Positions 52,303 through 64,000 of a stretch of DNA of 64,000 nt are shown here, piece by piece. A program made the position numbers and the translations under genes. The notes under the pieces are model-generated. The model worked only from the letters and a program-made list of their open reading frames with translations, was not told the origin of the DNA and ran no database searches. Numbering within the stretch: position 1 is the stretch's first letter; every line of letters begins with the position of its first letter. The stretch spans positions 96,001 through 160,000 of the forward strand of contig CAVUVW010000027.1 in NCBI GenBank assembly GCA_963745035.1, in the 5' to 3' direction. The stretch comes from an uncultured delta proteobacterium. Its GTDB lineage: Bacteria > Desulfobacterota > Binatia > UBA9968.

Positions 52303-53228
52303 AACGGATCTGGGAAAGATTCGCCGTGCTGGGCGGCAGCAATGTGGCCCTGAAGATTCTGGCGCTGATCATCGCCATCGGACTTTGGGCGGCGGGCCAT
52401 CGGGACACCGAGCGCGCCATCGAGGCGCCGATCGAATTTCGCAACCTCCCGCCGGATTTGATGGTGATGGACAACCGCGTCGATTACGTGGTCTTGCGCC
52501 TGATGGGGCCGCGCACGCTGGTCTCGACCTTGGACGCGGACAAAATAAAGCTGTCGCTGGATCTCGACGGCGCAAAATCCGGCTCCATAAGCTATCCTTT
52601 GGACGCCGATGAATTCAACATTCCGCGCGGCGTGACGATCGCGCGCATCACGCCGCCGGTGATTCATCTGCGGCTCGAGCCGGTCAGCAAGCGCACGCTG
52701 CCGGTCTCGGTGCGGCTTTCGGGCAAGCCCACGGCCGGATACCGCGTCGCGCAGGCAACACCGCTGCCCGCCAACGTCTCGGTGCAGGGACCGGCCGAAG
52801 AAGTGCGCCGCCTCGCCGTCATCGAGACGGTGGCGGTCGACGTCGAAGAGATGCGCGGCGCCTTCAAGCGCCGAGTGCGGTTGTCCAACGACGGTAAACC
52901 GTTGTCGATCAGCCCGGATCAGGTGGAAGTAACGGTCGCCATCGAACAGGAGCAGGCCATCCGCACTTTTGAGCGGATCGAAGTTTACGCCAAGGATTTC
53001 GGCGGCGTGTACCAGGTCGTGCCGCCGTCGGTGAGCCTGCGCATCGCCGGCCCGAAGATGGCTGTGGAAAAGTTGAAGTTGACTTCGGACCAAGTCTATT
53101 TGAACCTGAAGGGGCTCTCAGTCGGAGAACATAACGTGCCGCTCGAATTGGATCTGCCGGCCGAAGTCAAGGTGCTGGAACAAAGGCCGCAGCGTTTTCG
53201 GGTGCGCATCACCAAGCCGGCCGAGTAG
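52299..53228 (+). CDS. cdaR: YbbR-repeat CdaA regulator
   Basis: LKILALIIAIGLW anchor; YbbR-like repeats; synteny with cdaA-glmM. Confidence 0.88.
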   Translation: MKRIWERFAVLGGSNVALKILALIIAIGLWAAGHRDTERAIEAPIEFRNLPPDLMVMDNRVDYVVLRLMGPRTLVSTLDADKIKLSLDLDGAKSGSISYPLDADEFNIPRGVTIARITPPVIHLRLEPVSKRTLPVSVRLSGKPTAGYRVAQATPLPANVSVQGPAEEVRRLAVIETVAVDVEEMRGAFKRRVRLSNDGKPLSISPDQVEVTVAIEQEQAIRTFERIEVYAKDFGGVYQVVPPSVSLRIAGPKMAVEKLKLTSDQVYLNLKGLSVGEHNVPLELDLPAEVKVLEQRPQRFRVRITKPAE

Positions 53229-53255
53229 TTCTTGCGTCAAAAGGAGCGCTCCACG

Positions 53256-54704
53256 ATGAGTCCGCCGAAAATGAAAAAAATCCTCGCGCGCAACCTGTTT
53301 GGCACAGACGGCGTGCGCGGCGTCGCCAACCAAGAGCCGATGACTTCTGAAATGGCGCTGAAGCTCGGCCGCGCCATCGCAAAAGTTCTGCCTGACACGA
53401 AAAACCCGGACTCGACGGGCCGGACGGCGAACTCGACGTTCGGGCGCAAGAACAACGAGAACGGCAAACACCGCTACAAGATTTTGATCGGCAAGGACAC
53501 ACGGCTGTCGGGCTACATGCTGGAGACCGCGCTGGCGTCCGGCATCGTATCGATGGGCGCGGACGTGTTGCTGGTCGGTCCGCTACCGACTCCCGGCGTG
53601 GCGTTTTTGACGCGCAGCATGCGCGCGGACGCCGGTGTGGTCATTTCCGCCTCGCACAATCCGTATCAGGACAACGGCATCAAATTTTTTTCCTCCGACG
53701 GCTTCAAGCTGCCCGATGAAGTCGAGGCGCGCATGGAGGAGATGATCTTCAGCGGCGCGACCGATGAGTCGCGGCCGACCGCTTCCGAGATCGGTAAAGC
53801 CTTCCGCATTTCCGACGCCGTGGGCAGGTACAATGTTTTTTTGAAAAACTGCTTCCCGCGCCATTTGACCTTGGAAGGGTTGAAAATCGTCGTCGACTGC
53901 GGCCACGGCGCGGCCTACCGAGTAGTGCCCGAAGTGTTGTCGGAGTTGGGGGCCGAAGTGATGCCGATCGGCGTGCAGCCGGACGGCGAGAATATCAACC
54001 GGCGCTGCGGCGCGCTCCATCCGGAGACCGCCCGTGAGGTGCTGCTGCACGAGGGCGCGGACTTCGCGGTGGCGCTGGACGGCGACGCCGATCGCGCGGT
54101 GTTTATCGATGACACCGGCGAGATCCTCGACGGCGATCAGGTGCTCGCGATCAGCGCGCTGGACATGCAGCGCAAGGGAACCCTCAAAGGTCCGGGCCTG
54201 GTCGCCACGGTAATGAGCAATTTGGGACTGGAGTTGGCCATGCGCAAGGCCGGTCTGGAGGTTGCGCGCACCCAGGTCGGCGACCGCTACGTGGTCGAGA
54301 AGATGCTCGCCGACAGCTACAATCTCGGCGGCGAGCAGTCAGGGCACATCCTGTTCTTGGATCACAACACGACCGGCGACGGGGCGATTACCTGCTTGCA
54401 GATGCTCAGTTTGATGGTCGAGCAGCGCAAGCGAATGAGCGAGCTCAAAACCGTCATGACGCGCCTGCCGCAGGTGCTGCTCAACGTCATCGTCAAAGAG
54501 AAGCGCGATTTCTCCGAGATGCCGAAAGTGGCGCAAAAAATGTCCGAGGTGGAACGCGCGCTGGGCGGGCGCGGTCGCCTGCTCGTGCGCTACTCGGGCA
54601 CCGAGCTGCTCGCGCGCATCATGCTGGAAGGCGAGGAGGAAAAAAAGATCCGTGCCATGGCGGAGGACATTGCCGCGGAAATCCGCCGGGAGATCGGCAA
54701 GTAA
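53256..54704 (+). CDS. glmM: Phosphoglucosamine mutase
   Basis: [27 protein letters not shown]. Confidence 0.96.
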   Translation: MSPPKMKKILARNLFGTDGVRGVANQEPMTSEMALKLGRAIAKVLPDTKNPDSTGRTANSTFGRKNNENGKHRYKILIGKDTRLSGYMLETALASGIVSMGADVLLVGPLPTPGVAFLTRSMRADAGVVISASHNPYQDNGIKFFSSDGFKLPDEVEARMEEMIFSGATDESRPTASEIGKAFRISDAVGRYNVFLKNCFPRHLTLEGLKIVVDCGHGAAYRVVPEVLSELGAEVMPIGVQPDGENINRRCGALHPETAREVLLHEGADFAVALDGDADRAVFIDDTGEILDGDQVLAISALDMQRKGTLKGPGLVATVMSNLGLELAMRKAGLEVARTQVGDRYVVEKMLADSYNLGGEQSGHILFLDHNTTGDGAITCLQMLSLMVEQRKRMSELKTVMTRLPQVLLNVIVKEKRDFSEMPKVAQKMSEVERALGGRGRLLVRYSGTELLARIMLEGEEEKKIRAMAEDIAAEIRREIGK

Positions 54705-54711
54705 GAGTAAG

Positions 54712-55434
54712 ATGATCCGTTTGGGCGTCAATATCGATCATGTCGCGACGCTGCGCCAGGCGCGCCGCGCCGCGGCGCCCGATCCGCTTGAAGCCGCGCT
54801 CTTGGCGGAGCGGGCCGGCGCCGACGGCATCACCGTGCACCTGCGCGAGGACCGCCGGCATATTCAAGAGCGCGACGTCGAGTGGCTGCGCGAACGGATC
54901 GCCACCAAGCTCAATTTGGAAATGGCCGTGACGCCGGCGATGGTCGCCTACGCGGAGGAGCTTCGTCCGGACGACGCCTGCTTTGTGCCGGAGAAGCGCG
55001 AGGAGCTCACGACCGAGGGCGGCCTCGACGTGGCCGGGCGGCGCGCGCAGGTCAAAGACGCGGTGACGCGTTTGCAAGAGCGCGGCATGCGCGTAAGCCT
55101 GTTCATCGATCCCGACAAGGCGCAGATCGAGGCGGCGCGCGAAAGCGGCGCTCACGGCATCGAAATTCACACCGGCGGCTACTGCAACGCCGCGGGCGCG
55201 GCGCGCGAAACCGAGCGCCGCGCCATCGCCGAAGCGGCCTCTCTGGCGCAAAGCCTGGGGCTTGAAGTCCACGGCGGGCACGGTCTCGATTATGAAAACG
55301 TCCTGCCGATCGCGGCGATCGCCGAGATCGTCGAGCTCAACATCGGCCACAGCATCGTCGCGCGCGCCGTCATGGTCGGTATCGAGCAGGCGGTGCGGGA
55401 GATGAAGGAGCTGCTGGTAAAGGCAGGAAGTTAA
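54712..55434 (+). CDS. pdxJ: Pyridoxine 5'-phosphate synthase
   Basis: [30 protein letters not shown]. Confidence 0.97.
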   Translation: MIRLGVNIDHVATLRQARRAAAPDPLEAALLAERAGADGITVHLREDRRHIQERDVEWLRERIATKLNLEMAVTPAMVAYAEELRPDDACFVPEKREELTTEGGLDVAGRRAQVKDAVTRLQERGMRVSLFIDPDKAQIEAARESGAHGIEIHTGGYCNAAGAARETERRAIAEAASLAQSLGLEVHGGHGLDYENVLPIAAIAEIVELNIGHSIVARAVMVGIEQAVREMKELLVKAGS

Positions 55435-55435
55435 G

Positions 55436-55572
55436 AGTTCAAATCGTTCAATCGCTCGCTATGCTCGCTCCGTTCAACCGCTGCGCTTCGTTCAAACCGT
55501 CGAACCCCCTCCTTGATCCTCCCCGCGTCGGAGGAAAGAGGTGGAGGCCTGAACGGTTTGAACTGCTTGAAC
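55436..55572. repeat. ~135-bp composite element (inverted copy of 24585-24720)
   Basis: Fills the whole pdxJ-nnr gap, ending 1 nt before ATG. Confidence 0.88.
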
Positions 55573-55573
55573 C

Positions 55574-57139
55574 ATGATCGTTGTCACCGCCGCGCAGATG
55601 CGCGAAATGGATCGGCTGACCATCGAAAAGTACGGCGTGCCGAGTTTGACCCTCATGGAGCGCGCCGGCGCGGCGGCGGCGCAGGCGATCGTCGAGCGCT
55701 TTGCGCGCGCCGCCAAGAAAGGCGTGCTGGTCGTCGCCGGCAAAGGCAATAACGGCGGCGACGGCTTGGTGGTTGCCCGCCTGCTGAGAAAAAAGCGCAT
55801 TCCTTGCGAGGTCGCCCTTCTGGCGCGGCGCGACGAGCTTTCGCCGGACGCAGCGCGTAACCTGCGCGCCTTCGTGAAGCTCAAAGGCAAAGTTACGGAA
55901 ATCACATCCGCCGGTCTGGATCTTTTGAGCGGGCGCGTCAGCAAAAACGCGCTGATCGTCGATGCGATCCTCGGCACGGGCATTAAGAACGAAGTTCGCG
56001 GTTTTCTCGCCGATGCGATCACGCTGCTCAATGGGGCCGGCTTGCCGATCGTCGCAATCGATATTCCCTCCGGGCTCGACACCGACAAAGGCTTGCCGCT
56101 CGGCGCCGCCGTGCGCGCCAAGGTGACCGTGGCGCTGGCGTTTCCGAAGCTCGGTGAAGTGATTTATCCGGGCATCTCCTACGCCGGCGAGTTGGTCGTC
56201 GGCGACATCGGCATCGATGAACGCGCCGTCGAAGAAGTCGCGCCGCGCACCGAGCTTTTGGATGAAACCGTTGGCCGGCTAGTCCCGCGGCGCGAGCCCG
56301 ACACCCATAAGGGCACTTACGGCCATCTCCTTGTCCTCGCCGGCTCGCGCGGCAAGACCGGTGCGGCGATTCTTTCCTGCCGCGCCGCCATGCGCTGCGG
56401 CGCCGGGTTGGTTACGCTGGCCGGGCCCCGTTCGCTCAACCAAATTTTTGCCGGCGCCCTCGTCGAGGTGATGACCGAGCCGCTGCGCGACAACGGCGCA
56501 GGGGAACTCGAGTCTTTGACCGACGACGATTGGCGCCGCATTCTGGAGCGAAAAGACGCCGTGCTTTTTGGCCCGGGCGTCGGCGTGGGCGCGGCCACGC
56601 AAAATAATCTGCGCTGGCTTCTCAGAAATCTGGCGCTGCCCTGGGTGATCGACGCCGACGGACTCAACAATCTCGCGCTGGAGCTCGACCGTTTACGCCA
56701 CGCCAAGGTTCCGCCAGTGCTGACGCCCCATCCCGGCGAGATGGCCCGTTTGATCAAAAAGAGCACCGCCGAGGTCAACGCCGATCGCGTGGAACTCGCC
56801 CGCTCTTTTGCCGTGGAACACCGCTGTCACCTAGTCCTCAAGGGCGCGCGCACCGTGATCGCGACCGCCGACGGGAGAGTTGCGATCAATCCGACCGGCA
56901 ATCCCGGCATGGCGAGCGCCGGCATGGGCGATGTGCTCGCCGGCATGCTCGCGGCGCTGCTCGGTCAAGGACTCGCCGCGGAAGATGCCATGAAGCTTGG
57001 CGTTTATCTGCATGGCCTGGTCGGCGATCGCGTTGCGCAAGCTCAAGGCGAGGTCGGCATGATCGCTTCGGATGTCATCGCCGGACTGCCCGCGGGTCTG
57101 CGCGAGCTTTCGCTCTCACCCCGGCCGCCCTCGCGCTGA
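55574..57139 (+). CDS. nnr: Bifunctional NAD(P)H-hydrate epimerase/dehydratase
   Basis: LMERAG, GKGNNGGDG, DIPSG, HKGTYG, TPHPGEM, GMGDVLAG. Confidence 0.95.
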   Translation: MIVVTAAQMREMDRLTIEKYGVPSLTLMERAGAAAAQAIVERFARAAKKGVLVVAGKGNNGGDGLVVARLLRKKRIPCEVALLARRDELSPDAARNLRAFVKLKGKVTEITSAGLDLLSGRVSKNALIVDAILGTGIKNEVRGFLADAITLLNGAGLPIVAIDIPSGLDTDKGLPLGAAVRAKVTVALAFPKLGEVIYPGISYAGELVVGDIGIDERAVEEVAPRTELLDETVGRLVPRREPDTHKGTYGHLLVLAGSRGKTGAAILSCRAAMRCGAGLVTLAGPRSLNQIFAGALVEVMTEPLRDNGAGELESLTDDDWRRILERKDAVLFGPGVGVGAATQNNLRWLLRNLALPWVIDADGLNNLALELDRLRHAKVPPVLTPHPGEMARLIKKSTAEVNADRVELARSFAVEHRCHLVLKGARTVIATADGRVAINPTGNPGMASAGMGDVLAGMLAALLGQGLAAEDAMKLGVYLHGLVGDRVAQAQGEVGMIASDVIAGLPAGLRELSLSPRPPSR

Positions 57140-57248
57140 ACGGCTCCATCGGCCGGCATTCTCGCCGCGCTTGTCGCTTTGCCCGCGGGCGGTCCCTCAG
57201 TCTCGAATTCTTCATAGGAATATACTAGTTATACTGGGGAGTCTGACG

Positions 57249-57728
57249 ATGGGGTCGTGGTCGGTTATTTCCCGTTCTGCCCGCCAGACGATGAGTTGGG
57301 GGCGCAAGCTGGGAAAGCTGGTGCAAGGCGGTGAAATCATTGGACTCGTCGGCGAGCTGGGGACCGGCAAGACTTCCTTCGTGCGCGGCTTCGCCGCCGG
57401 CGCGGGGGTCGGCAAGGATGTCTGGGTGCGCAGCCCCACGTTCACTCTGATCAACGAGTATCAGGGGCGCTTGCCGGTTTATCACATCGATCTCTATCGC
57501 ATCGGCAAATCGGCGGAAGTGGACGCGCTCAATTTGCGCGAGTATCTCTACTCGGACGGCGCGAGCCTGATCGAGTGGTTCGATTATCTGCCGGCGGCAG
57601 AGGCCGATGAGTTTCTCGAGATCCGCATGACCCACGCCGGCCCGACAACGCGCGAGCTGGCGTTCGCCGCGCGCGGCGAACGCCATGAAAAGTTGCTCGA
57701 GAAGCTGCGCGACGGTGTGAACAGTTGA
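57249..57728 (+). CDS. tsaE: t6A biosynthesis ATPase
   Basis: GELGTGKT, SPTFTL, HIDLYR, IEW. Confidence 0.95.
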   Translation: MGSWSVISRSARQTMSWGRKLGKLVQGGEIIGLVGELGTGKTSFVRGFAAGAGVGKDVWVRSPTFTLINEYQGRLPVYHIDLYRIGKSAEVDALNLREYLYSDGASLIEWFDYLPAAEADEFLEIRMTHAGPTTRELAFAARGERHEKLLEKLRDGVNS

Positions 57729-57732
57729 ATGG

Positions 57733-57788
57733 AATTTTAGAATTTCCTGACGGCAATCTAGAATCCAAAGTCGAAAATCTAAAATTGG
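57733..57788. repeat. 7-mer-unit element (AATCTAA type)
   Basis: aattttagaattt ... aatctag aatccaa agtcgaa aatctaa aattgg. Confidence 0.65.
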
Positions 57789-57805
57789 ATTTCGTGGAGC
57801 GGTGA

Positions 57806-59029
57806 GTGGCTTTACTGGTGCAAAAATACGGCGGCACGTCCGTCGCTTCGATCGACAAGATCAAGCGCGTGGCGGCGAAGATCGCCGCGGCGAAGCGCGC
57901 CGGACATGATTTGGTGGTCGTGGTTTCGGCGATGGCCGGGGAAACCAATCGCTTGATCGCGCTCGCCCACGAGCTTTCCGAAATTCCCAACGAGCGCGAA
58001 AGGGACGTGCTGCTCGCCTCGGGAGAACAGGTTTCGGTCGCGCTCTTGACCCTGGCGCTCCACGAGGCGGGCCAGCCGGCGCGCTCTTTTCTCGGCCATC
58101 AGGTGCGCATCGCGACCGACAACGCCTACGGCAAAGCGCGCATCCTGAGCATCGATTCGACCAAGATCTTGCATGCGTTGAAAGCGGACGAAGTGGTGGT
58201 CGTCGCCGGTTTTCAGGGCGTGGACGACGACGACAACATCACCACTCTCGGCCGCGGCGGCTCGGACACGAGCGCGGTGGCGCTGGCGGCTTTTTTGAAT
58301 GCAAAGGCGTGCGAGATCTACACCGACGTGGAGGGCGTGTACACGACGGATCCCGGCATTTGTCCAGACGCGCGCAAGCTGGCGCGCATCGCCTACGACG
58401 AGATGATCGAGCTGGCGAGCACCGGCGCCAAGGTGCTGGAGATCCGCTCGGTGGAGTTTGCCAAGAAATTCTCCGTGCCGGTGCACGTCCGCTCGACCTT
58501 CAGCGAAGTCGAGGGAACGTGGCTGGTCAACGAGGAGGAGAGCATGAACGATGTGTTGGTGTCAGGCGTGGCTTACGACAGAAACGAAGCCAAGATTACA
58601 CTGCTCCGGGTGCCCGATCGGCCGGGGCTGGCGGCGCAGATTTTCGGCCCCATCGCCGCGGCGCACATCGTCGTCGACATGATTATCCAGAACGTCAGCG
58701 AAGACGGCACCACCGATTTGACTTTCACCGTGCCCAAGGCCGATCATAAAAAAGCGCTGGGCATCGTCGAGCGAACCGCCGCGTTGGTCAACGCCAAAGG
58801 AGTCAGAGTCGACACCGACATGGCGAAGATTTCCGTGGTCGGCGTCGGCATGCGCACCCACGCCGGCGTGGCGGCGAAGATGTTTGAGGTGCTCGCCCGC
58901 GAGGGAATCAACATCGAGATGATTTCCACTTCGGAAATTAAGATTTCCGTGGTCATCGAAGCGAAGTACACCGAGCTTGCCGTGCGGGTGCTGCACGAGG
59001 CGTTTATCGGCAACCAGGGGACGGTATGA
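57806..59029 (+). CDS. lysC: Aspartate kinase
   Basis: [17 protein letters not shown], two ACT domains. Confidence 0.96.
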   Translation: MALLVQKYGGTSVASIDKIKRVAAKIAAAKRAGHDLVVVVSAMAGETNRLIALAHELSEIPNERERDVLLASGEQVSVALLTLALHEAGQPARSFLGHQVRIATDNAYGKARILSIDSTKILHALKADEVVVVAGFQGVDDDDNITTLGRGGSDTSAVALAAFLNAKACEIYTDVEGVYTTDPGICPDARKLARIAYDEMIELASTGAKVLEIRSVEFAKKFSVPVHVRSTFSEVEGTWLVNEEESMNDVLVSGVAYDRNEAKITLLRVPDRPGLAAQIFGPIAAAHIVVDMIIQNVSEDGTTDLTFTVPKADHKKALGIVERTAALVNAKGVRVDTDMAKISVVGVGMRTHAGVAAKMFEVLAREGINIEMISTSEIKISVVIEAKYTELAVRVLHEAFIGNQGTV

Positions 59030-60603
59030 AGGACGTTTTGCTCTACGACACGACACTGCGCGACGGCTGCCAGGCGGAGGATGTTTCTTTTACGCTCGAA
59101 GACAAACTGCGCATCGCGGAAAAACTCGATGAAATGGGCATCGACTACATCGAAGGCGGCTATCCGGGCTCCAACCCGCGCGACGCGGATTTCTTCCAAC
59201 GCGTAAAGAAGCGCAAGCTGAAAAACGCCAAGGTGGCGGCATTCGGCACGACCAGAAAATTCGGCGCCAAGCCGTCCCAGGACATCAATCTTAAAGTTCT
59301 GCTCGGTGCCGAGACGCCGGTGGTGACTCTGGTCGGCAAAACCTGGGATCTCCACGTGCGCGACGATCTGCGCATCAGCCAAAAAGCCAATTTAGAGCTG
59401 ATCGCCGATTCCGTCGCGTTCATGAAAAAGCGCGTCGATGAAGTGATGTTCGACGCCGAGCATTTTTTCGACGGCTTTCGCGCCAATCCGGAGTATGCGC
59501 TGGAATGCCTCAAGGCGGCGCAGGACGGCGGTGCGGACTGGATCGTGCTGTGCGAGACCAACGGCGGGCGACTGCCGGGCGAGGTCCGCGACGCGCTTAA
59601 CCACGTCAACCAGGTGATCAAGACGCCGCTCGGCATTCACTGCCACAACGACGGCGAGCTGGCGGTGGCCAACACGCTCGCGGGCGTGGAGATGGGGGCC
59701 ACACAGGTGCAGGGAACGATCAACGGCTTCGGCGAGCGCTGCGGCAACGTGAATTTGATCTCGGTGATCGCCAACCTGCAGCTCAAGATGGGCAAGAAGT
59801 GCGTGGCGCCGGCACAGCTCAAAAAACTGCGCGACGTGTCGCAGCTTTTCTACGAGCTCGCGAATATCCAGCCGAACAAGCGCCAGGCCTACGTCGGCGA
59901 CAGCGCGTTTGCGCACAAGGGCGGGCTGCACGTGTCCGGCGTGCTCAAAAATCGCGAGACCTACGAGCATATCGATCCCGAGCTGGTCGGCAATCGCCAG
60001 CGCGTCCTGGTTTCGGATCTCTCGGGGCGCAGCAACGTCGTCTACAAAGGCAAAGAGTACGGCATCGACATGAACGACCAGAACGAGGCCGTGCGCGACA
60101 TCCTAAAACGGACCAAGGAGCTCGAAGGCCAGGGCTATGAATTCCAAGCCGCGGAGGCGTCCTTCGAGCTGCTGATTCAGGAAGCGCTCGGCAAGAAGCG
60201 CAAGAATTTCAATCTCATCGGGTTTCGAGTCATCGACGAAAAGCGTAATGAAGGCGAGGGCGCGATTTCCGAAGCGACCATCATGGTCCAAGTCGACGGC
60301 GAAATGGAGCATGCGGCGGCGATGGGCAACGGCCCGGTGAACGCCCTCGACCAGGCGCTGCGCCGCGCCCTGACCAAGTTTTACCCGTCGCTCAAGCAGG
60401 TGGAGCTGCTCGATTATAAAGTACGCGTGCTCTCGTCCGGCGAAGGCACCGCCGCGATGGTGCGCGTGTTGATCGAATCGGGCGACGGAAAAGACAAGTG
60501 GGGCACTGTCGGCGTATCGCACAACGTCATCGAAGCAAGCTGGCTGGCGCTGGCGGACAGCATCGATTACAAGCTGTATAAGGATTCGCGGCGCCGGAAC
60601 TGA
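59026..60603 (+). CDS. cimA: Citramalate synthase
   Basis: [30 protein letters not shown]; follows lysC. Confidence 0.9.
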   Translation: MKDVLLYDTTLRDGCQAEDVSFTLEDKLRIAEKLDEMGIDYIEGGYPGSNPRDADFFQRVKKRKLKNAKVAAFGTTRKFGAKPSQDINLKVLLGAETPVVTLVGKTWDLHVRDDLRISQKANLELIADSVAFMKKRVDEVMFDAEHFFDGFRANPEYALECLKAAQDGGADWIVLCETNGGRLPGEVRDALNHVNQVIKTPLGIHCHNDGELAVANTLAGVEMGATQVQGTINGFGERCGNVNLISVIANLQLKMGKKCVAPAQLKKLRDVSQLFYELANIQPNKRQAYVGDSAFAHKGGLHVSGVLKNRETYEHIDPELVGNRQRVLVSDLSGRSNVVYKGKEYGIDMNDQNEAVRDILKRTKELEGQGYEFQAAEASFELLIQEALGKKRKNFNLIGFRVIDEKRNEGEGAISEATIMVQVDGEMEHAAAMGNGPVNALDQALRRALTKFYPSLKQVELLDYKVRVLSSGEGTAAMVRVLIESGDGKDKWGTVGVSHNVIEASWLALADSIDYKLYKDSRRRN

Positions 60604-60607
60604 TAGG

Positions 60608-60687
60608 AGGCAATAGGCATTAGGCAACAGGCAATAGTTCGGAAAGGATCTTTGTGACTATTGCCTAGTGACTGTTGTCTAGTGCCT
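60608..60687. repeat. AGGCAA(T/C) 7-mer inverted-arm element
   Basis: aggcaat aggcatt aggcaac aggcaat | agttcggaaagga... | ctattgc ctagtga ctgttgt ctagtgc. Confidence 0.85.
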
Positions 60688-60694
60688 GATTTGC

Positions 60695-61429
60695 ATGTGG
60701 CAAACGCTTAAAGAAGATATTCAGGCGGTCTTCGAGCGCGATCCGGCGGCGCGCTCGACGTGGGAGGTGGCGATTGCGTATCCGGGTTTTCACGCGATCC
60801 TGGTTCACCGTCTGGCGCACTGGCTGTGGCAGCGCCAGTTTGTGACGACGGCCCGATTCGTCAGCCATCTCGGCCGGTTTCTCACGGGCATCGAGATTCA
60901 TCCCGGAGCGAAGATCGGCAGGCGCTGCTTCATCGATCACGGCATGGGCGTGGTGATCGGCGAGACCGCCGAGATCGGCGACGATGTGACGATTTATCAG
61001 GGAGTGACCCTCGGCGGCACTTCGACGGCGCCCGTCAAGCGCCACCCTACGATCGAAGATTCGGTGACGATCTTCAGCGGCGCGGCGGTGCTCGGTCCGG
61101 TGACGGTCGGCCGGCACAGCCGGATCGGCGCCGGATCGGTGCTGGTGAGCTCGGTGCCGCAGCATTCAACGGTCGTCGGCATCCCAGGGCGCGTGGTGCA
61201 GCTCGAAGCGCGCCATACGCCTGCCGGCAAAGCGATCATCGACCTCAACTCCGCCGATCTGCCCGATCCCATTGCCCGGGCCTTCGGCGCGCTCGCCGAT
61301 TATGTCGAGAAGCTCGAAAAAAAGGTCGACGAGCTGACCACGCGCCAAGGCGGCTTGGAAGAGAAGACCGCCGAAGAAAGCGAAGTGTTGAACAAAGTAA
61401 AAGAGCTGCTCAAGAATACGGGAAGCTAG
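60695..61429 (+). CDS. cysE: Serine O-acetyltransferase
   Basis: [37 protein letters not shown]. Confidence 0.96.
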   Translation: MWQTLKEDIQAVFERDPAARSTWEVAIAYPGFHAILVHRLAHWLWQRQFVTTARFVSHLGRFLTGIEIHPGAKIGRRCFIDHGMGVVIGETAEIGDDVTIYQGVTLGGTSTAPVKRHPTIEDSVTIFSGAAVLGPVTVGRHSRIGAGSVLVSSVPQHSTVVGIPGRVVQLEARHTPAGKAIIDLNSADLPDPIARAFGALADYVEKLEKKVDELTTRQGGLEEKTAEESEVLNKVKELLKNTGS

Positions 61430-61441
61430 AAGAAATAGAAC

Positions 61442-61480
61442 ACGTTCAAAGCGATCAAGCCGTTCAAAACGTTCAAGTCG
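61442..61480. repeat. GTTCAA 9-mer array (single arm)
   Basis: cgttcaaag cgatcaagc cgttcaaaa cgttcaagt. Confidence 0.75.
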
Positions 61481-61492
61481 TCTAGAAGAACA

Positions 61493-62555
61493 ATGAAGGC
61501 GCAGAGGAAGAAGATCGTCGTCGCCATGAGCGGCGGCGTCGACAGCTCGGTGGCGGCGGCGCTGCTGCGTGGAGCAGGGCTATGACGTTCAGGGCGTGTC
61601 CTTGCGCATGTGGGAAGAGAACCATGGGCCGCGGGTGTGCTCGGATCATCGCGGCGCCGCGGAAGTCGCGGCTCAACTTGGCATCTCGCACGCGCTGCTC
61701 GATCTGCGCGCGCAATTTGCCCAGACCGTGGTGCAGCCCTTCGCAGGCGATTATCTGCGCGGCCGCACGCCCAATCCTTGCGTCGCATGCAATCGCGACT
61801 TCAAGCTCGGAACATTGCTCGCGTGGGCGCGCGAGCACGGGGCGGAATTTGTTGCCACCGGGCACTACGCGCGAATCGAGCGCGATGAGTCCTCCGGCGC
61901 GGCGGCGCTCTTCCGGGGCGCCGATCGCGGCAAAGACCAGTCTTATTTCCTCTTCGCCTTGTCGCCCGAGCAGCTTGTCCGCACGCTGTTTCCGCTGGGC
62001 GAGATGCGCAAAGCGGATGTACGCGACCAGGCGCGAAGGCTGGGCTTGCCCGCCGCCGAGCGGCCAGAGAGTCAGGATATCTGCTTCGGCGACTACAAGG
62101 CGCTGGTGGCGTCTTATGCCCGCGCAGGCGATCTCGGCGGCGACGTCGTCGATCGCGCCGGCAAACTGCTCGGGCGCCACTCCGGCATTCACGGCGTGAC
62201 GGTCGGTCAGAGGCGCGGCTTGGGGATATCCGGCGCCGAGCCGCTCTACGTCGTCGAGATCGAGGATGAAACCAAGCGCGTGGTCGTAGGCAAGAAAAGC
62301 GAATTGGCATCCACCGGGCTGATCGCGCGTTCGGTCAATTGGCTCGGGGCTCCGAGCGGGGGCGAATTGGCGGCGGAAGTGCAGATCCGTTACCGCGCCC
62401 CGGCGATTGCCTGCGTCATCCGCCGGATTGACGAGGATGCCTGCGAGGTTCGATTCGACGAGCCGGTTGCGGCGGTGACGCCGGGGCAGGCCGCGGTTTT
62501 CTATCGCGGCGAGCAGATTATCGGCGGGGGATGGATCGAGCGCGCGCTGCACTAG
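61493..62555 (+). CDS. mnmA: tRNA 2-thiouridylase, frameshift near 61568
   Basis: AMSGGVDSS; TPNPCVACN; ATGHYA; KDQSYFL; ESQDICF; TPGQAAVFY. Confidence 0.95.
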
Positions 62556-62570
62556 CGCGGCGCGCGATGG

Positions 62571-62646
62571 CAAATCTCAAATTTCAAATCGCAGATTTGG
62601 AGGCTCGAAACATACTGTGAGATTTGGCATTTGCAATTTGAGATTC
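62571..62646. repeat. 7-mer-unit (CAAATNN) inverted-arm element
   Basis: caaatct caaattt caaatcg cagattt ... gagattt ggcattt gcaattt gagattc. Confidence 0.8.
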
Positions 62647-62662
62647 TGAGCGAAGCGACGAT

Positions 62663-64000
62663 ATGCGAATCGCCATTACCACGCTCGGCTGCAAGATCAA
62701 TCAATACGATTCGGCGGTGATTCAGAGCCGCTTGGAAGAAAAGCATTCGTTCGTGCCGTTCGACGCCGAGGCGGATTGCTACCTGATCAACACCTGTACG
62801 GTGACCGATCGCGCCGACTGGGAGGCGCGCCAGCTCGTGCGCCGCGCCCGGCGCTTGAATCCCGCGGCCAAGGTGCTGGTGACCGGCTGCTACGCCCAGG
62901 TGAGTCGCGGAGGAAGTCGCCGCGGTTCCCGGAGTCGATTTCGTCGTCGGCCTCAACCGGCTCGACGATCTGCTGCGCTTCGTCGAAGCGCCCGGGCGAA
63001 GTGCGCCGGCGATCGCGGTGAGCGACGTGAAACGGGAGCGCGGCGTGGCCGTGCTCGGCACGCGCGCGTTGCCCGGCCACACGCGTGCTTTTCTGAAAAT
63101 CCAGGAAGGGTGCAACTACAGTTGCACGTACTGCATTATTCCAACAGCGCGCGGGCTCAGCCGCAGCGTGGCGCCGCGCGCGGTGCTGGAGCAGGTGCGA
63201 CAGCTCGCCGAAGGCGGGTACAAGGAGATCGTTCTCACCGGCATCCATCTCGGCGGCTACGGCCATGATTTACAGCCGAAGATCGATCTGACGGCGCTGG
63301 TGGAAATGATCGCGGCGAGCGGCTTGATCGCCCGGCTGCGCTTGAGCTCTCTCGATCCGCGCGAGGCGCCCGATCGGCTGCTCGACCTGATCGCGCGCTC
63401 CGACGTCGTCTGCCCGCACCTCCATATCTGCGCTCAGGCCGGCGACGACGAGATCCTCAAGGGCATGCGGCGCAACTACGGCACCGCCTTTTATCGCGAG
63501 CTGCTCGAGCGCGTGCGCGCGCGCTTGCCGGAGGCTGCGCTGGGCAGCGACGTGATCGTCGGGTTTCCCGGCGAGACCGATGCGCAGTTCGAGAGCTCGC
63601 TCGAATATTTCGCGTCCTTGCCGCTCACCTATTTTCACGTGTTTCCGTATTCCTCCCGGCGCGGCACCGTCGCGGCGGCACTCGCCGACCCGGTGCCGCC
63701 GCGCGTAAAAAAGGAGCGGGCGCGGCGCATGCGGGCGCTGGGCGCGCGCAAAAAAGACGAATTTTGCGAAAGTTTTATCGGCCGGCGCGTCGCGGTATTG
63801 GTCGAGGAGAAAGTCGAGAAGCGAAGCGGGCTGCGTCGTGGGTTCACCCAGAATTATTTGCCCGTCGCCGTCGAAGCGGCAGACGTCAATCGAGAAATCG
63901 GCGTCTATCTCGAGCGCTACAGCGGCGGCTGGTTGAGCGGCGCGATCGCGCCCGGTGAATCAAATGCCTTGCCGCCGGCGCGCCGTTCCTGGGACCGTGT
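62663..64000 (+). CDS. mtaB: tRNA methylthiotransferase, frameshifted, runs off window
   Basis: TLGCKINQYDS, NTCTVT, VTGCYAQ, LKIQEGCNYSCTYCIIP. Confidence 0.9.

Overview
GC-rich bacterial chromosome segment. Gene content and intergenic repeat style suggest a soil deltaproteobacterium-like lineage such as Binatota; this is inference only. About 1-47 kb is an accessory catabolic/transport region: hydantoinase/oxoprolinase A plus two B paralogs, two Rieske oxygenases (one decayed), a LigB-type dioxygenase, hydrolases, amidohydrolases, MmgE/PrpD, a FadR-type regulator with two visible operators, about 10 solute-binding-fold genes with no permease, a SWIB protein and a SWIM-SNF2 ATPase. About 47-64 kb is a housekeeping run: tilS-ftsH-folP-cdaA-cdaR-glmM-pdxJ-nnr-tsaE-lysC-cimA-cysE-mnmA-mtaB. 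The clearest unexplained structure is non-coding. About 20 intergenic elements from at least six families fill many gene junctions, most built from 7-nt or 9-nt tandem units arranged as inverted arms. One ~135-bp composite element occurs twice in opposite orientation, one locus is nested, and one palindrome sits in-frame inside a gene. No mobilising enzyme, rRNA, tRNA, CRISPR array or transposase was recognised. Single-base frameshifts, even in ftsH and mnmA, suggest assembly indel errors, so pseudogene calls are cautious.
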